A DNA stretch of 63,756 nt, counting the filler, from Octopus bimaculoides (Eukaryota), in assembly GCF_001194135.2 (NCBI RefSeq). It is 6 parts of 6 records of this genome, joined end to end, with 100 filler letters (N's around TTAATTAATTAA, not from the genome) between each part and the next. Parts side by side here need not be neighbours in the genome. Positions count along the whole stretch, not along the records: positions 10,683 to 22,956 come from NC_068992.1; positions 23,057 to 38,921 come from NC_069005.1; 4 more parts are not named here. One strand, written 5' to 3'. The notes beneath the pieces are model-generated. The model was not told where the DNA came from, made no database searches, and saw only the letters and a list, made by a program, of their open reading frames with translations. Shown here piece by piece: positions 13,075-23,956 of the stretch; position 1 is the stretch's first letter; every line of letters starts with the position of its first letter. A program made the translations under genes and the position numbers.

Positions 13075-13510
13075 GAGGCAGAAGGGCTTTAAGTTATCCA
13101 AGCAAAGTGATAGAGCTGCGAGGCATTCTCCTTTACTGCACAGAGGGTTACCTCCCGACTGATGGAATTGAAGGTATTCCTGAGGTCTAGTTTGAGGTTG
13201 ACCTTTGGGTACTCAGAAGGCAAGTTGGTGAAAGCTCTAATGGCGTGAGTAGCAGCTTCACAACCTAGCTTTGTATCCATCCCTTGCTGGATAGGGGAAA
13301 TTCGGCGGACATGCAGTTAGAAACCAAGGACAGACGCACTTTTGTTGCGAGCCGTCACAGAGTACGACCAACTGCTATAGGGCGAAGGTCATCATTGGGC
13401 TTGGTGAGATCAAATGTAGGGAAGAACACTGTCGGACAAGAACAAGTTTATGAACTGCGTTAGGTTCTCCAAAAGCTCAGGACCAGCATCAATCTGTCTT
13501 CCTCACCTTC
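13075..13510 (-). mobile_element. CRE-clade non-LTR reverse transcriptase fragment
   Basis: Translates as LTKPNDDLRPIAVGRTL*RLATK...PIQQGMDTKLGCEAATHAIRAF...KLDLRNTFNSISRE, typical CRE-type RT domains 1-3. Confidence 0.75.
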
Positions 13511-14401
13511 AAAATAAGACAAAAGTAACGAAATGCATATAAAAAAATACGCATAAAGCAAAAATCGATTTATAAGTTTTGCTTTTACGTAAATAGTAAG
13601 GACGAGAAAAAGGCGGAAAAGAACTCTTAGTTAAAACGTTATGCATAAATTCTAATGGAACTATCCTAGTAGTTTGTTTACCCTTCTTCCAGTAACGGGA
13701 TGCTAACAACTTACAAATATATTTTCCTGCATGTGTTTTGAGGACTAAAAGTTCAATGGAATCAGAAAATTATTTTGAGAATGAGTACTTTTAAGGTGTT
13801 CGTCTTAAGGTGTTTGTAGAAAAAAAGGCGCAGTGAGTTCTGTCGATGTAGAATGACATCATACCTATGTTCATTAAATATTTTGTTTAATTTTTCTGTT
13901 GTCCAATCAACATAAACCAAATCACGTTTGAGGTATTCAGCTGCGTACACTGAATGAGAATTGTTACAGATCTCACCTTCTGTTTAAGTCATAACATTTC
14001 TTTTAGATTATGATGGAGTTGACCAAAACAGTGCTTACTTCTGTTGCGCAATAAACAACGCTTACTTTGAAGATAAAGACATTTCATCTCTGCAGACGAA
14101 AGAAAAAGCTGTGTCCTTTCTTTTTTAAATTGGCAGGATGTGAATGGGAGAAAATTTGGCTGCTATTTCTAGGATATCGAGTGTTCATACAGAGGCTCAC
14201 TCATTGATTCGATTTACAGTCAAGTAAATGAAAGCTGTATGAGAAAAAGAAATGAGAATGAAAGAGAGCAAGCATTATCATTAATGTATTATTAACATTT
14301 GTATTAATATCTATTTCTACTAATTGTATTTAACCATTAGTTTTAGATAATACTTCAGTTTTCTCGGTAATGTTTCTTAATACATTCTTTATTCTCTTTA
14401 G

Positions 14402-14646
14402 AGAACTAATTTGAAAAAACATTTAAAACAAGGAAAACAGGATGTGGAAGCTACGATATCTGCAATGAACTTCACCGGCCCAGCAGTTATTGACTGGGAA
14501 AATTGGCGCCCTTTATTTAATAGGAACTTTGGTAGTAAGAGAATTTACCAATCTTCTTCTAGAAAATTGGTAAAGAGACAACATCCAACGTGGAATAGAA
14601 CTCAAATAATCCGAGAAGCCAAAATTGAATTTGAGAGAGCTGCCAG
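14402..14646 (+). CDS. HYAL: Internal coding exon of a hyaluronidase (glycoside hydrolase family 56)
   Basis: Acceptor ttctttattctctttag| and donor GCCAG|gtagta. Translates as RTNLKKHLKQGKQDVEATISAMNFTGPAVIDWENWRPLFNRNFGSKRIYQSSSRKLVKRQHPTWNRTQIIREAKIEFERAA(R). This matches the GH56 segment G[LV]AVIDWExWRPxWxxNWxxKxIYxxxSxxLVxxxHPxW...AxxEFExAAR, with the catalytic D-x-E intact. Family-level call only. Confidence 0.93.
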
Positions 14647-14814
14647 GTAGTATAAATTCATATTTTCAATCTGTTTTCTTTCAGATAAATAAACTTACCA
14701 GCTTTTAAAGCTAGACGTTTATACAAAATTAATGAACAATACTGAGGTAATAGATCAAGAAAGTAATAACGGATTACATCGTCATATATAAAAAAAAATG
14801 ACTAACAATGTTGG

Positions 14815-14995
14815 AGTCAGTTTTGATCCTATGTTCAGAAGGTGGGTCTGTTCATTGTATGGCAGCTTCTGTTGAGTGACCAAACCAAATGATTATGGTA
14901 TCATTATGAGTTCGGTTCGCCAAAGGTGCCTGTCTCACCACTTTTCTGCTTGTTAGCTCTTAAGCCTTTGGTGCAGGGGTTTGATCACAGTTGAA
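14815..14995 (+). mobile_element. Decayed Tx1/L1-clade RT fragment
   Basis: Translates as FDPMFRRWVCSLY...SSVRQRCL/SPLFCLLALKPL, resembling GFGPxFxxW...SVRQGCPLSPLLYxLALEPL. Confidence 0.5.
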
Positions 14996-15159
14996 TATAG
15001 TGAGATATAGAGAGATTACATAACTCTATGCGAATCGATTAGAATGGTATTCGATTTCTGAATGTGGATAAAACACTTGAAGAAAGCGGGATAAACTTAG
15101 TGCTGTGTTTAGCGAAGTATTATGTTTAAGTAAGTATTACTTAAACAGTACAATATTAT

Positions 15160-15420
15160 ATGAAGGTGTGAAGCCTAGTCATTGGATGTTGCGCTCACGA
15201 TCTTTAGATCGTGGTTTCGATTCCCGGACCATGCAGTGCGTTGTGCTCTTGAGCAAAATACTTCATTTCACATTGCTCTACGATTACGTTGACATATAAC
15301 ACGTAGCACATCATGCAGGTAATGTCGATTTGATGGATGGAATAAGCCAATGTAGATCACAAACATTTGATCACTAGAAACAAATCATCAGTGTGGGTTC
15401 TTCTGAAAGAAATTCCAGAA
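15160..15420 (+). mobile_element. SINE family D (tRNA-like head), degenerate
   Basis: B-box-like gtggtttcgattcccgg followed by gttgtgctcttgagcaaaatacttcatttcacattgct. Confidence 0.6.
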
Positions 15421-16654
15421 TCCTCCTCTGTCGTTTACAACAGGAGAGTCAACTACGTTCAAGTAAACTGGATGTTTATGTAAGTTAAGTAAGTTAGAGT
15501 GTATACTCCATAGATGATGAAGTGTATCTCAAAAGATTGACAATCAAAAAAGAACTTTTGATCAAACGACCGTACTTTTATCGCTTGGAAGTTCTAGAGA
15601 TCTGGACCGAGCTATCAAGGATTTTCACTGGATTTTCACCGAAGAGTAAATGCTGGGAGATATTGACCGTACTTCAAGCCTCACGGTATGTTCCAGTTAA
15701 TCTGTCTTCCTTTAACTACCTGATATTATTCCCATTTGGTACAAATCATACTTATTTCCGACACATCTGACACCAAGCTAGCGACGTCTTCCATCTATGT
15801 AGATATTATATTCATGTAGTCCAGTTCGAATGGAATGACCTCCAACACAAATAACTTTGGTAACAAGGACCCAAGAACTAATACATCAGGAGAAGCAGTG
15901 AGAGGATCTAGGAACTTAAAACTAAACAGTTTCGATACATGTTGATTTAGTCTGACCACCAAAGCAGAAGTTGATGCAAAATGATGTGATCCAACTCTAA
16001 AACACATGATCGAAACCTAGGATCAGGCCAGACACCAGATAATGATATTCAATCTTCATCAGACATTGATACTGAAGTTAGGTCGGTGAATATAATGGAG
16101 ACTATTGTGTATTAAGTGAGTTGGTTACAGCTGGAGCTCAGTCTTGGAGTGACGATAAAACATTTAAAGTAAGAAGGAGAAACTCAGGATTATGCTGTAA
16201 GTGGGACGATAATAGGTAAGTGGGGCATCTGGACGAGTGACTACCACAGAATGCACTTTTGATACTAACTATATCAGCAAAATTGAAATAAAGATTTCAT
16301 ACTCACCCGCAGTTAACTAGTTCATATGATAAGTGGAGGGCGTCAAATCTAGTCTGAGTAGAAAAGTGTGATAAAAGGAATTGAAAGTAATAGTATTTCA
16401 GCCGCCCGTCTGATATAATGTACCATACTTATTACATAATTTGCATTCCGTACTGAGAGACGATTTCTTTGTCGTCAACGAGTTGGCAGTTTCCTGAAAT
16501 CCTTCTACCAGATTGGCTATAAAAAGATGCTCTCACCACACAGAAGATAGAATATGAGAATGAAATATTAGAAAAGTGACACTGTTAGATGAGTGAATGT
16601 CTGTCAAAAGTATTGATAGAATTATACAGGAGAGACTTGGTTGCGTAATGTAAA

Positions 16655-16860
16655 TGGTTGGTTGTTGTTAGTTTAGCCTAAATCAGCACTGATGTGTAAA
16701 ATCTATGATCAAAAACGTCCCAACAATGGTCGCCCCGTCTTTTTTTTTTCCAGACATCTAGAACTGCATTACCAAATGCAATTTTTCCTTATTAAAAAGC
16801 AGGGTGTAATTTGGGGGAAATTTGGCAATTATTTCTTGGCTAATCGATCAGCAAAGAAAT
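16655..16860 (-). mobile_element. SINE-like family E copy
   Basis: The segments gttgttgttagtttagcctaaatcagcactgat...agggtgtaatttgggggaaatttggc recur at about 14105, 23560, 48085, 49570 and 52760. Confidence 0.55.
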
Positions 16861-17949
16861 AGTGAATGATAAACTGGTGTTATATAATAGATGATACTTT
16901 ATGTTAGAAGCATAGCCAGGTAAAATATGTAGAGAATAGTGTTAACAAATTAGAAATCCGGATTTCAGGTGGGATTTCAGAGAAATCATCAAAATGATAT
17001 TGTATGTTATTCAACTCAAGAAATCTCGAGAAAACCGATATTGCAATGATAGGGATCAATAAAAATAAGAATTGTGGTGACTGCATATGCTGAACTAAAT
17101 GTCCGTTTTGTAATTTCATTTTTTTTTTTTTTGTGAGAGTTTTGTTGAAAAAGGAACATTGCGGGTCACGGTGGAAGGTGGAAGGTAGAAGACCTGGACG
17201 TCACGCATATAATAGCATCAACCATTTGAAGGCTGTCTGCCCACAGCAACAAAGGCTCCCGGTCAATAGCACAGCCTCAGAAACAACTNNNNNNNNNNNN
17301 NNNNNNNNNNNNNNNNNNNNNNNNNNNNNNNNNNNNNNNNNNNNNNNNNNNNNNNNNNNNNNNNNNNNNNNNNAACTGACCGGAACGGCGAGCTGACCGG
17401 AAGAGGAAGAAGGGCAGAGGGAGCCTCGATCGGGATTTCGTGCCCTTTTCGAACGGGGTTGTTGTGAGGAGAGGACGTGCCAAGCGATCGTCTAGGTGTT
17501 GGGAGAAGCAGCTGCCATTTCTAGTGTTCTTCGGGTCGGGCCTGCCTCGAGGATCGGATACCGCAGGACAGACTCGAACAAAGGAAGGAAACCGAGGTAA
17601 GCCGATTACCTCTACTCGCACGCATACACCACAACAACTACGCTAACAACAGCAGCAAGAACAATAGAAACAATATTAGCAACTAGAAAAGTAGTAGCGG
17701 CAGCAGCACCAGCAATAACAGCAGCGACAGCAGCGTAACAATAGCAACATCAATTGCAATAGTAGAAAAGGCAGTGCAGAGCAACTCCGCAAAATGATAA
17801 CAGCAAATAACAGCAACACAACCCATGAAATGGCAATTTCACCACCTCTAGTATTACTGGCCGTAGGGCTGTCGCTAATCTGCAAGTTCTCTCCTAGAGA
17901 GAGACACACTCACGCTCACTCTTACACATTTACATCTTCTCGAAACAAG

Positions 17950-18620
17950 ACTGAAGAATTTAGGGAGCTCATTGGGCAAAACGACAGCAAACCGAAACTG
18001 TTACGAATGACCTTGTGGGAGAAAAAAACTAAAAACATCTCGAAAAAATCGCTAAAAGCAAGAAAAAGAAAATTTGTCTTTAAGCCACCCCAGTACCATC
18101 GACATAAATGCGAGACAGCAAGCTCACAATAACAACAACATAATCAATATCCATGAAAAAAAAACCACCACTACAAACGAAAGCATAAACGCAAGATCAA
18201 CAACAATAACAACCTCAAAAACTAAACATACAGTCAAATATACAAGCCAAATCCTTCCTCATTGATTTTATTATTGTTCAAAAAAGCAGCAACAATTTGA
18301 AGCAGGAAGCCATTGAAAAAGATTTTCTTAAATAAAAAAAAAAGATGAAAAAAACATTCATACAAAAGGTGAGACTTGTATGAATTTCTGTCAATAACTC
18401 CTCAGGACAGATTATTTATTCAAAATGACTCAAAATAATATATCGACCAATAAAAAGTATTCCTCAGACATTGGGATTTTTAGGACAAAAAAAAAGGAAG
18501 AAAGAAGAGAGGAAAACTCTAAGAAACGTCTTTTATTATTTCTTCCTCGAACAGTCTTCCTTTAAGGAAAGACTAATACCTCAGACTTCAGATAGCAAAA
18601 TCTCAGAAAAATAACAATGG
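17950..18620 (+). mobile_element. Possible highly decayed Penelope-like N-terminal region
   Basis: Fragments AIEKDF.../TFIQKVRLV*I resemble the ELEEDIKNFCRKLRVVEFL segment of the Penelope copy at about 45050. Many stops. Confidence 0.3.
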
Positions 18621-19354
18621 ATGTGCCTCTGAGGGTTATTAGACTGCAAAACGGCAAATATTTTACTAAAATGTGGATATTATCCTTGTGTGGTTGGGCA
18701 CTATTGTAAAATCAACCATTTCCAGCGTTTTTCGTTGCGTTTTTCTCAGAATGACATTTCCGGTTATGAGTAGCAATTTTAGGTCACGATATCTCCGAGA
18801 GTAATTGATGTAATAGGCTGAAATGTAGCATGTGTATTACTTTAATATTTGCCTAGATGCTGTTGTAATGTGATTAGGTGCACTTTATTTGTTTATGTTT
18901 TAGAGACACTTGAATTCTACTACCCAGGAATCAAAAACGCTTGAACTGCTGCATATGGCTATGAGCGACTCCACAACGAAATCGAGGCCAACTTCATCAA
19001 CGTATTTGATTCAGCGTCTAGTCTGCACCCAAATATACTGGCATCCTAAGTTAGAGAATATTATCTTTGATAGTTTGGTAGAAAAATTTGCCTAAATTAA
19101 GGTCATTTTGAATTTATAATTAGGTCATAAATAGACAATATGGAAATTTGAATATTATGTCTTTTGATAGAACTAACATTGTTCTTGGTGTATGCCATAT
19201 TTGGTTTGCCTGGGTCTTATTCTCGCTGAGTGAGAACATCTTCAATTTAGGAGTGTTTTCCTACGTCTTAGGTGTTAGTCTTGCCTTAGGGATCACCAGT
19301 CTTTCTCTAAGGTCAAGGTGAGTGACCTTTCCTCCATTTTTCTTTCCCGACGGA

Positions 19355-19560
19355 CATGGCTACGCTTAGAGTGGGTTATATAAATATATATGGCTTGGGG
19401 TCGGATTGGAGATAGAGTATCGTACTGACTTCAAAATCATTAGGTATCGATGAAACAAGGCTCTCTGGAGCACCCGCACGCACTCGTGTCCATTTTCGAT
19501 GAGTACGAGGAGTACTTATCTCATAGTCTGTCATTTTAGGGTGGAGGCGTTATTCCAGAA
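19355..19560 (+). mobile_element. Decayed Tx1/L1 ORF2 N-terminus (APE endonuclease)
   Basis: Translates as MATLRVGYINIYGLGSDWR*...LGID.ETRLSG, matching the APE start xxNxxGL...DxxxxxET. Confidence 0.5.
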
Positions 19561-19706
19561 ATCAAAATTTTTTACATACGTTTGTTGTCGATGTTTTTGT
19601 TGTTGTTTCCTTCGTTTCCACGTTTTCTATATAACCCTGGCCTGCACCTCAATCCTTTTTATCAACCTTTGTGGTTAATAAAGAAATTATTATTATTATC
19701 ATTATT

Positions 19707-22222
19707 CAGTATCCCATATCTAGTGAGCAACTTCCTTGTCTTTCTGCCTAAGGTGTTTAGTTCGTCTATTGTCCATGCGATTACCTCTGCTCCATATTTA
19801 AGGAGTGAAACCGCCCAGGTGTTGATAGCTTCAGTTTTATTCCGTCCGTTTAATTTCGACTTAAGGATCAATCTCAGTCTGCGCAAGTACTCCACCTTAG
19901 AGTTTTCTGTCATTTCTTTCTCCATCAATTTATCCATTTCCAAAATCCCCAAGTACTTATAGCCCGTCTCTTCAATCTGTTTTATAACCTCCCCCGACGG
20001 TATCGTTAGCCCATCCATACATTTGATTTTACCTCTCTTCAAGATTAACACCACTCTTTCTCAGTCCGAACTCCACTCTGATATCAGCACTGAAGGTATA
20101 CACCGTATCAACGAGGGAACTGACTTGGGCTTGATCTTTACCATAAAGTTTGAGGTCATCCATGAATAACAAATGGTTGACTTTTTGCTGGCGACTTTTG
20201 AATACATACCCAGCTTTTGCTTTCCTCAGAATCAGTGTTAGTGGTCTCATGCACACTAAAGAGATCAGTGGGGACAGGCAGTCCCCTTGGAAGATGCCCA
20301 TCCTAATTTCTACTGTCCCTAAACTTCTTCCGTATGCTGTCAGGTCCGTCCTTCAATTCGCCATACTTTTTCCAAGCAATCGCTTAACATTCAATGCAAT
20401 ATCAAATAGGTTCATACACTCCATAATCCAAGAATGTGGGATCATATCGTACGCCTTACGATAGTCGATCCATGACATGGCTAAGTTACTTTTTCTCCTC
20501 TTGCAGTCTCTAAGTACAGTTTTGTCTATCAGGAGTTGATCCCTGGTACCTGTGCACTTACGTTTGCAACCCTTCTGCTCATGTGGCAGGAATCCATTTT
20601 TTTCCAGATGTTCGTTCATTGACTCTGCGAGTATTCCAGTTAATAACTTCCACATAAGTGGCAAACAGGATATCGACCTGTAATTGTCTACCATATTGCC
20701 TTTTTCAATGTTTTTCAGGCACAGCTCTGTCCTACCCAATGTCAACCACTCGGGTGTTATTTGGTCGGCATTTAACAAGGTGTTTGAGTTGCGCAGCTAT
20801 TCGCGCATCACCAAATATTTTGATCTAGTAGCCTTGAACTCCATCTGGTCCCAGGGCCTTCCAGTTGTTCATTTGTTTGCTGATTTCCTTCACTTCCCTA
20901 ACCGAAATGACTAGTTCTGCCTGTTTTGGACAGACTACTGTTTGTTTCAGTTCTTGCAACCATTCAGCGTCCTTCTTGTGCTCCTTGTCTTTGCTCCAGA
21001 TGTCACTCCAAAATCTTTGACTTTCGATGTTATCTGGTATCAACTTTTCATCTGTACACTCTCCATTTATAGAATCTTTTCTGATCTACTCTGAATAACC
21101 TATTCTTGTGGTAACCCTTCATTCTTTGGTCATATCTTACCATCTTTGCTTTCTTTGCAACGAGGCACTGTTTCAGTTCCTCCACTACTACTTTCAGGCC
21201 CTTTCTTTCAATGTTATACTTCCTTTTCAGCGCCCTGTATTTTTGTTCGCTTTTAAGCTCCCCTTTTTCTTTTCGGTCCAGCACAGAGATTTCCTTCGAG
21301 GGCATGTCTAACCCTGCCTGGATTCTTCTTTTCCACCATGGATCTTTTCTTTTGTTACTCCCATTATGTTTCTTTTTCTTGACATCAACACCCACGTTTT
21401 CTGCTACAACAATATTTGCTGCTTTGATCAATTTATTTGTTTCTGTGATGTTGTTTGTTCTAATGCATTTCAGAATTTTATTGACATTTTTCGTTTCTTG
21501 GTTCAATTTCAATCGATCAAGCTTTTTAAGGTTGCAAATAATGTCGCTATCGTTCTCCTGTAGTCTTGCCTTTATTCTGTCGTAGATTGCCTTTTGTCCA
21601 TCTGTCATGTCGCCATTAGTTTTATTGTCTTCTTTTAGATCATCTATATTCATTTCATTAAGTAAACTACCAATGCTCCTTTCCTGTGCTATGGGATTAC
21701 TCTTATTAGTAAGAACTGTATTTTCTTTGTTATCTCTGCTGCTATTTTCCATGATTCGTGTTTTGATAGCTTCGAGCTCTACTTCTGAGAACCAACAATG
21801 TTTCCTTATTACTCTAGCTTGATCACATAGTCTCTGTTCCGTGAGTTGAAACAATCCCTTTTCTCTCCAGTGATCATACATACGTTGTCGGTAACCCCTA
21901 ATTGAGCACCATTTTCATCTACCGGGCTGCTCAGGTAGTAACACTCCATGACCACAGCATTAATTTGCTCGCTCCATCTACGCCGTGTGTGGTGGTCCCT
22001 TTCTGGATATCGACAGGCTGGAGCCGGACCAGAATCTCTGAGCCTGCCGGGCGTAACACTGTCACTATCATTGGATTCAGTTTCATTACCACCGTTATTC
22101 ACAACATTTTGTTTTTTCATTGTCACTCATATGAGGTAGCGATAATCAGGTTGCGCAATCACAAGTATTTTTATTGTGGCACCATCACTAGATGTATCAT
22201 TAATCAGCTCATGAGGAGGAGG
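19707..22222 (-). mobile_element. R4/Dong-like non-LTR retrotransposon: 5' end + N-terminus + RT, lacking the 3' RLE part; pseudogenised
   Basis: ORF pieces at 21809-22126, 21048-21881, 20825-21043, 20353-20778, 20029-20301 and 19662-20054. Motifs: RRRWS...[99 protein letters not shown]. (AAT)n lies at both ends. Confidence 0.92.
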
Positions 22223-22223
22223 A

Positions 22224-22280
<57 letters not shown>

Positions 22281-22837
22281 GTGAGAGAGCAGTGCATGCA
22301 ATCAAAGTGACACTGGGGTAGAAATATTCAAAGCCTAATATACCCATCATGACTACCTGTCTAATAAGGGTACACCAGGCACATGCATCACAACCATGTG
22401 TGCGCGACATGGTGATCTCATATCAAGATAAACAGCGCATGACCTTGCAGGTGGGGCTCAGTTAGAATTTTCTTCAGGTTGAGTAGCCCATCCCGCTCAA
22501 AAGGTCTCTGAATAAGGGTTGTTTAAGGGATGTTGAGGAAAACATCCTTGTTTCCAAAGGTGAATTATCCAAACCCCAAAGAATTCCTCTCAGCATATGG
22601 CTATGATGCTCCCCCATATACTTCTGCTCGTGGTCAGAGATGTACGTATCGTCAGCCACTAAAAAGACATGCTCAACTGGTTATGGTCAAACAACTGACA
22701 AGCATATCTGTGGTACTGAGCAAAATATTTGCTGTAGCCCATGTTTTATACCAAGACAAAACAATATACATGATAACACTTCCAATCAGTTAAGATAAGA
22801 AGCCATGAAAGCCACTGCCTGATACTGCATCAGGGCA
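22281..22837 (-). mobile_element. 557-bp non-coding insert bounded by (AAT)n on both sides; candidate non-autonomous element
   Basis: Sharp edges against pure (ATT)n at 22225-22280 and 22838-22939. No recognisable ORF, TIR or tRNA boxes. Strand assigned from the polarity of the neighbouring elements. Confidence 0.6.
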
Positions 22838-22902
<65 letters not shown>

Positions 22903-22939
22903 CATTATTATCATTATTATTATTATTATTATTATTATT

Positions 22940-22956
22940 GTTCAGTAGTTTTATTT
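22940..22956 (-). mobile_element. 3' terminus of another R4/Dong-like copy running into the scaffold join
   Basis: gttcagtagttttattt is the exact reverse complement of aaataaaactactgaac, the 3' end of the 11662-12208 element. Followed by (AAT)n on the same strand. Confidence 0.7.
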
Positions 22957-23056
22957 NNNNNNNNNNNNNNNNNNNNNNNNNNNNNNNNNNNNNNNNNNNN
23001 TTAATTAATTAANNNNNNNNNNNNNNNNNNNNNNNNNNNNNNNNNNNNNNNNNNNN
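22957..23056. other. Artificial scaffold join
   Basis: 44 N + TTAATTAATTAA (23001-23012) + 44 N. Confidence 0.95.
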
Positions 23057-23205
23057 CGCAGATCTGGGAATTCTCCCATTCTGCTGCCAGTTGGCGCAGA
23101 TGCTGGCCAATAGGTGCCCGAACAAGTCTGGCATATTTTTGTAAAACTCATAGGGTAGACCATCAAGGCTCAGCGACTTGTTATCGGAGCACTCGGATAG
23201 CGCCT
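23057..23205 (-). mobile_element. Tx1/L1-clade RT fragment
   Basis: Translates as LSECSDNKSLSLDGLPYEFYKNMPDLFGHLLASICANWQQNGRIPRS, matching KSPGxDGLPxEFY. Confidence 0.7.
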
Positions 23206-23956
23206 TTCAATATATGCTTACTCATACGTGTGTCACCTGGGCTTAAACAACAATAACAACTTTAAATCTATCTAAAGGATCTGAAATTTTCTGTAAATGT
23301 TCTCAGGTGATATTTAGAAGTATTCTTCTTAACGAACAAACCGGAGCAATAATTTTCAATAACAGTTTACAATAAATAGTAGTTTCAACAATAAAAATGA
23401 CAACTCGCAGAGCGGAAAAAAAACACGACCTAAGTCTTTAACCGGAAGCACAGCCACACCTGCACGTGTCCAGTTAATCAAGGATTACGTGTCTGCACAC
23501 GATTACCTAAAATAAGCCGTTTCTGTAAATGTTAGCCAATGAAAGACCACTTAATGCAGTTAGTCGACCAGCTAGAAATAGCATTCGAATAATTGGGAGA
23601 CATTACAAAATGTACTCCTAGATACACCGTGTCTGAATAAAAGACAGAATAGTCACAGCTGGGAGGATATTTTTAATTGTAGATCTATTAATGAGTGTTG
23701 AGTGTGGTTGGAACGAGACAACAACATTGACTGACGCATTACATAATTTAGTCCTAGATACGCTATGCCTTAATATATTATGAACATGACGGTCATTAGG
23801 ATATCATCTTTCACTATATGCTTACCCATACATTTGTCACCTGGGGTTAAACAACAGTAACAACAATAGCAAGTTTAAATCTATCTAAAGGATTTGAAAT
23901 TTTCTGTAAATGTTCTCAGGTGATATTTAGAAGTATTCTTCTTAACGAACAAACCG
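23204..23956. repeat. Diverged direct repeat of about 145 bp (23204-23343 and 23808-23956)
   Basis: Both copies share tttaaatctatctaaaggat.tgaaattttctgtaaatgttctcaggtgatatttagaagtattcttcttaacgaacaaaccg. Confidence 0.85.

Noticed and set aside
13762-13950. - strand ORF YAAEYLKRDLVYVDWTTEKLNKIFNEHRYDVILHRQ with an acceptor-like start
   Set aside because: It looks protein-like, but I recognise no family and find no convincing donor. Left unannotated.
18903-19095. Strong acceptor followed by ETLEFYYPG...SASSLHPNI, superficially like hyaluronidase ETL and SALYPSI
   Set aside because: It has a stop in the phase required by the hyaluronidase exon, an internal stop in the other frame, and lacks the RP/WG/C motifs.
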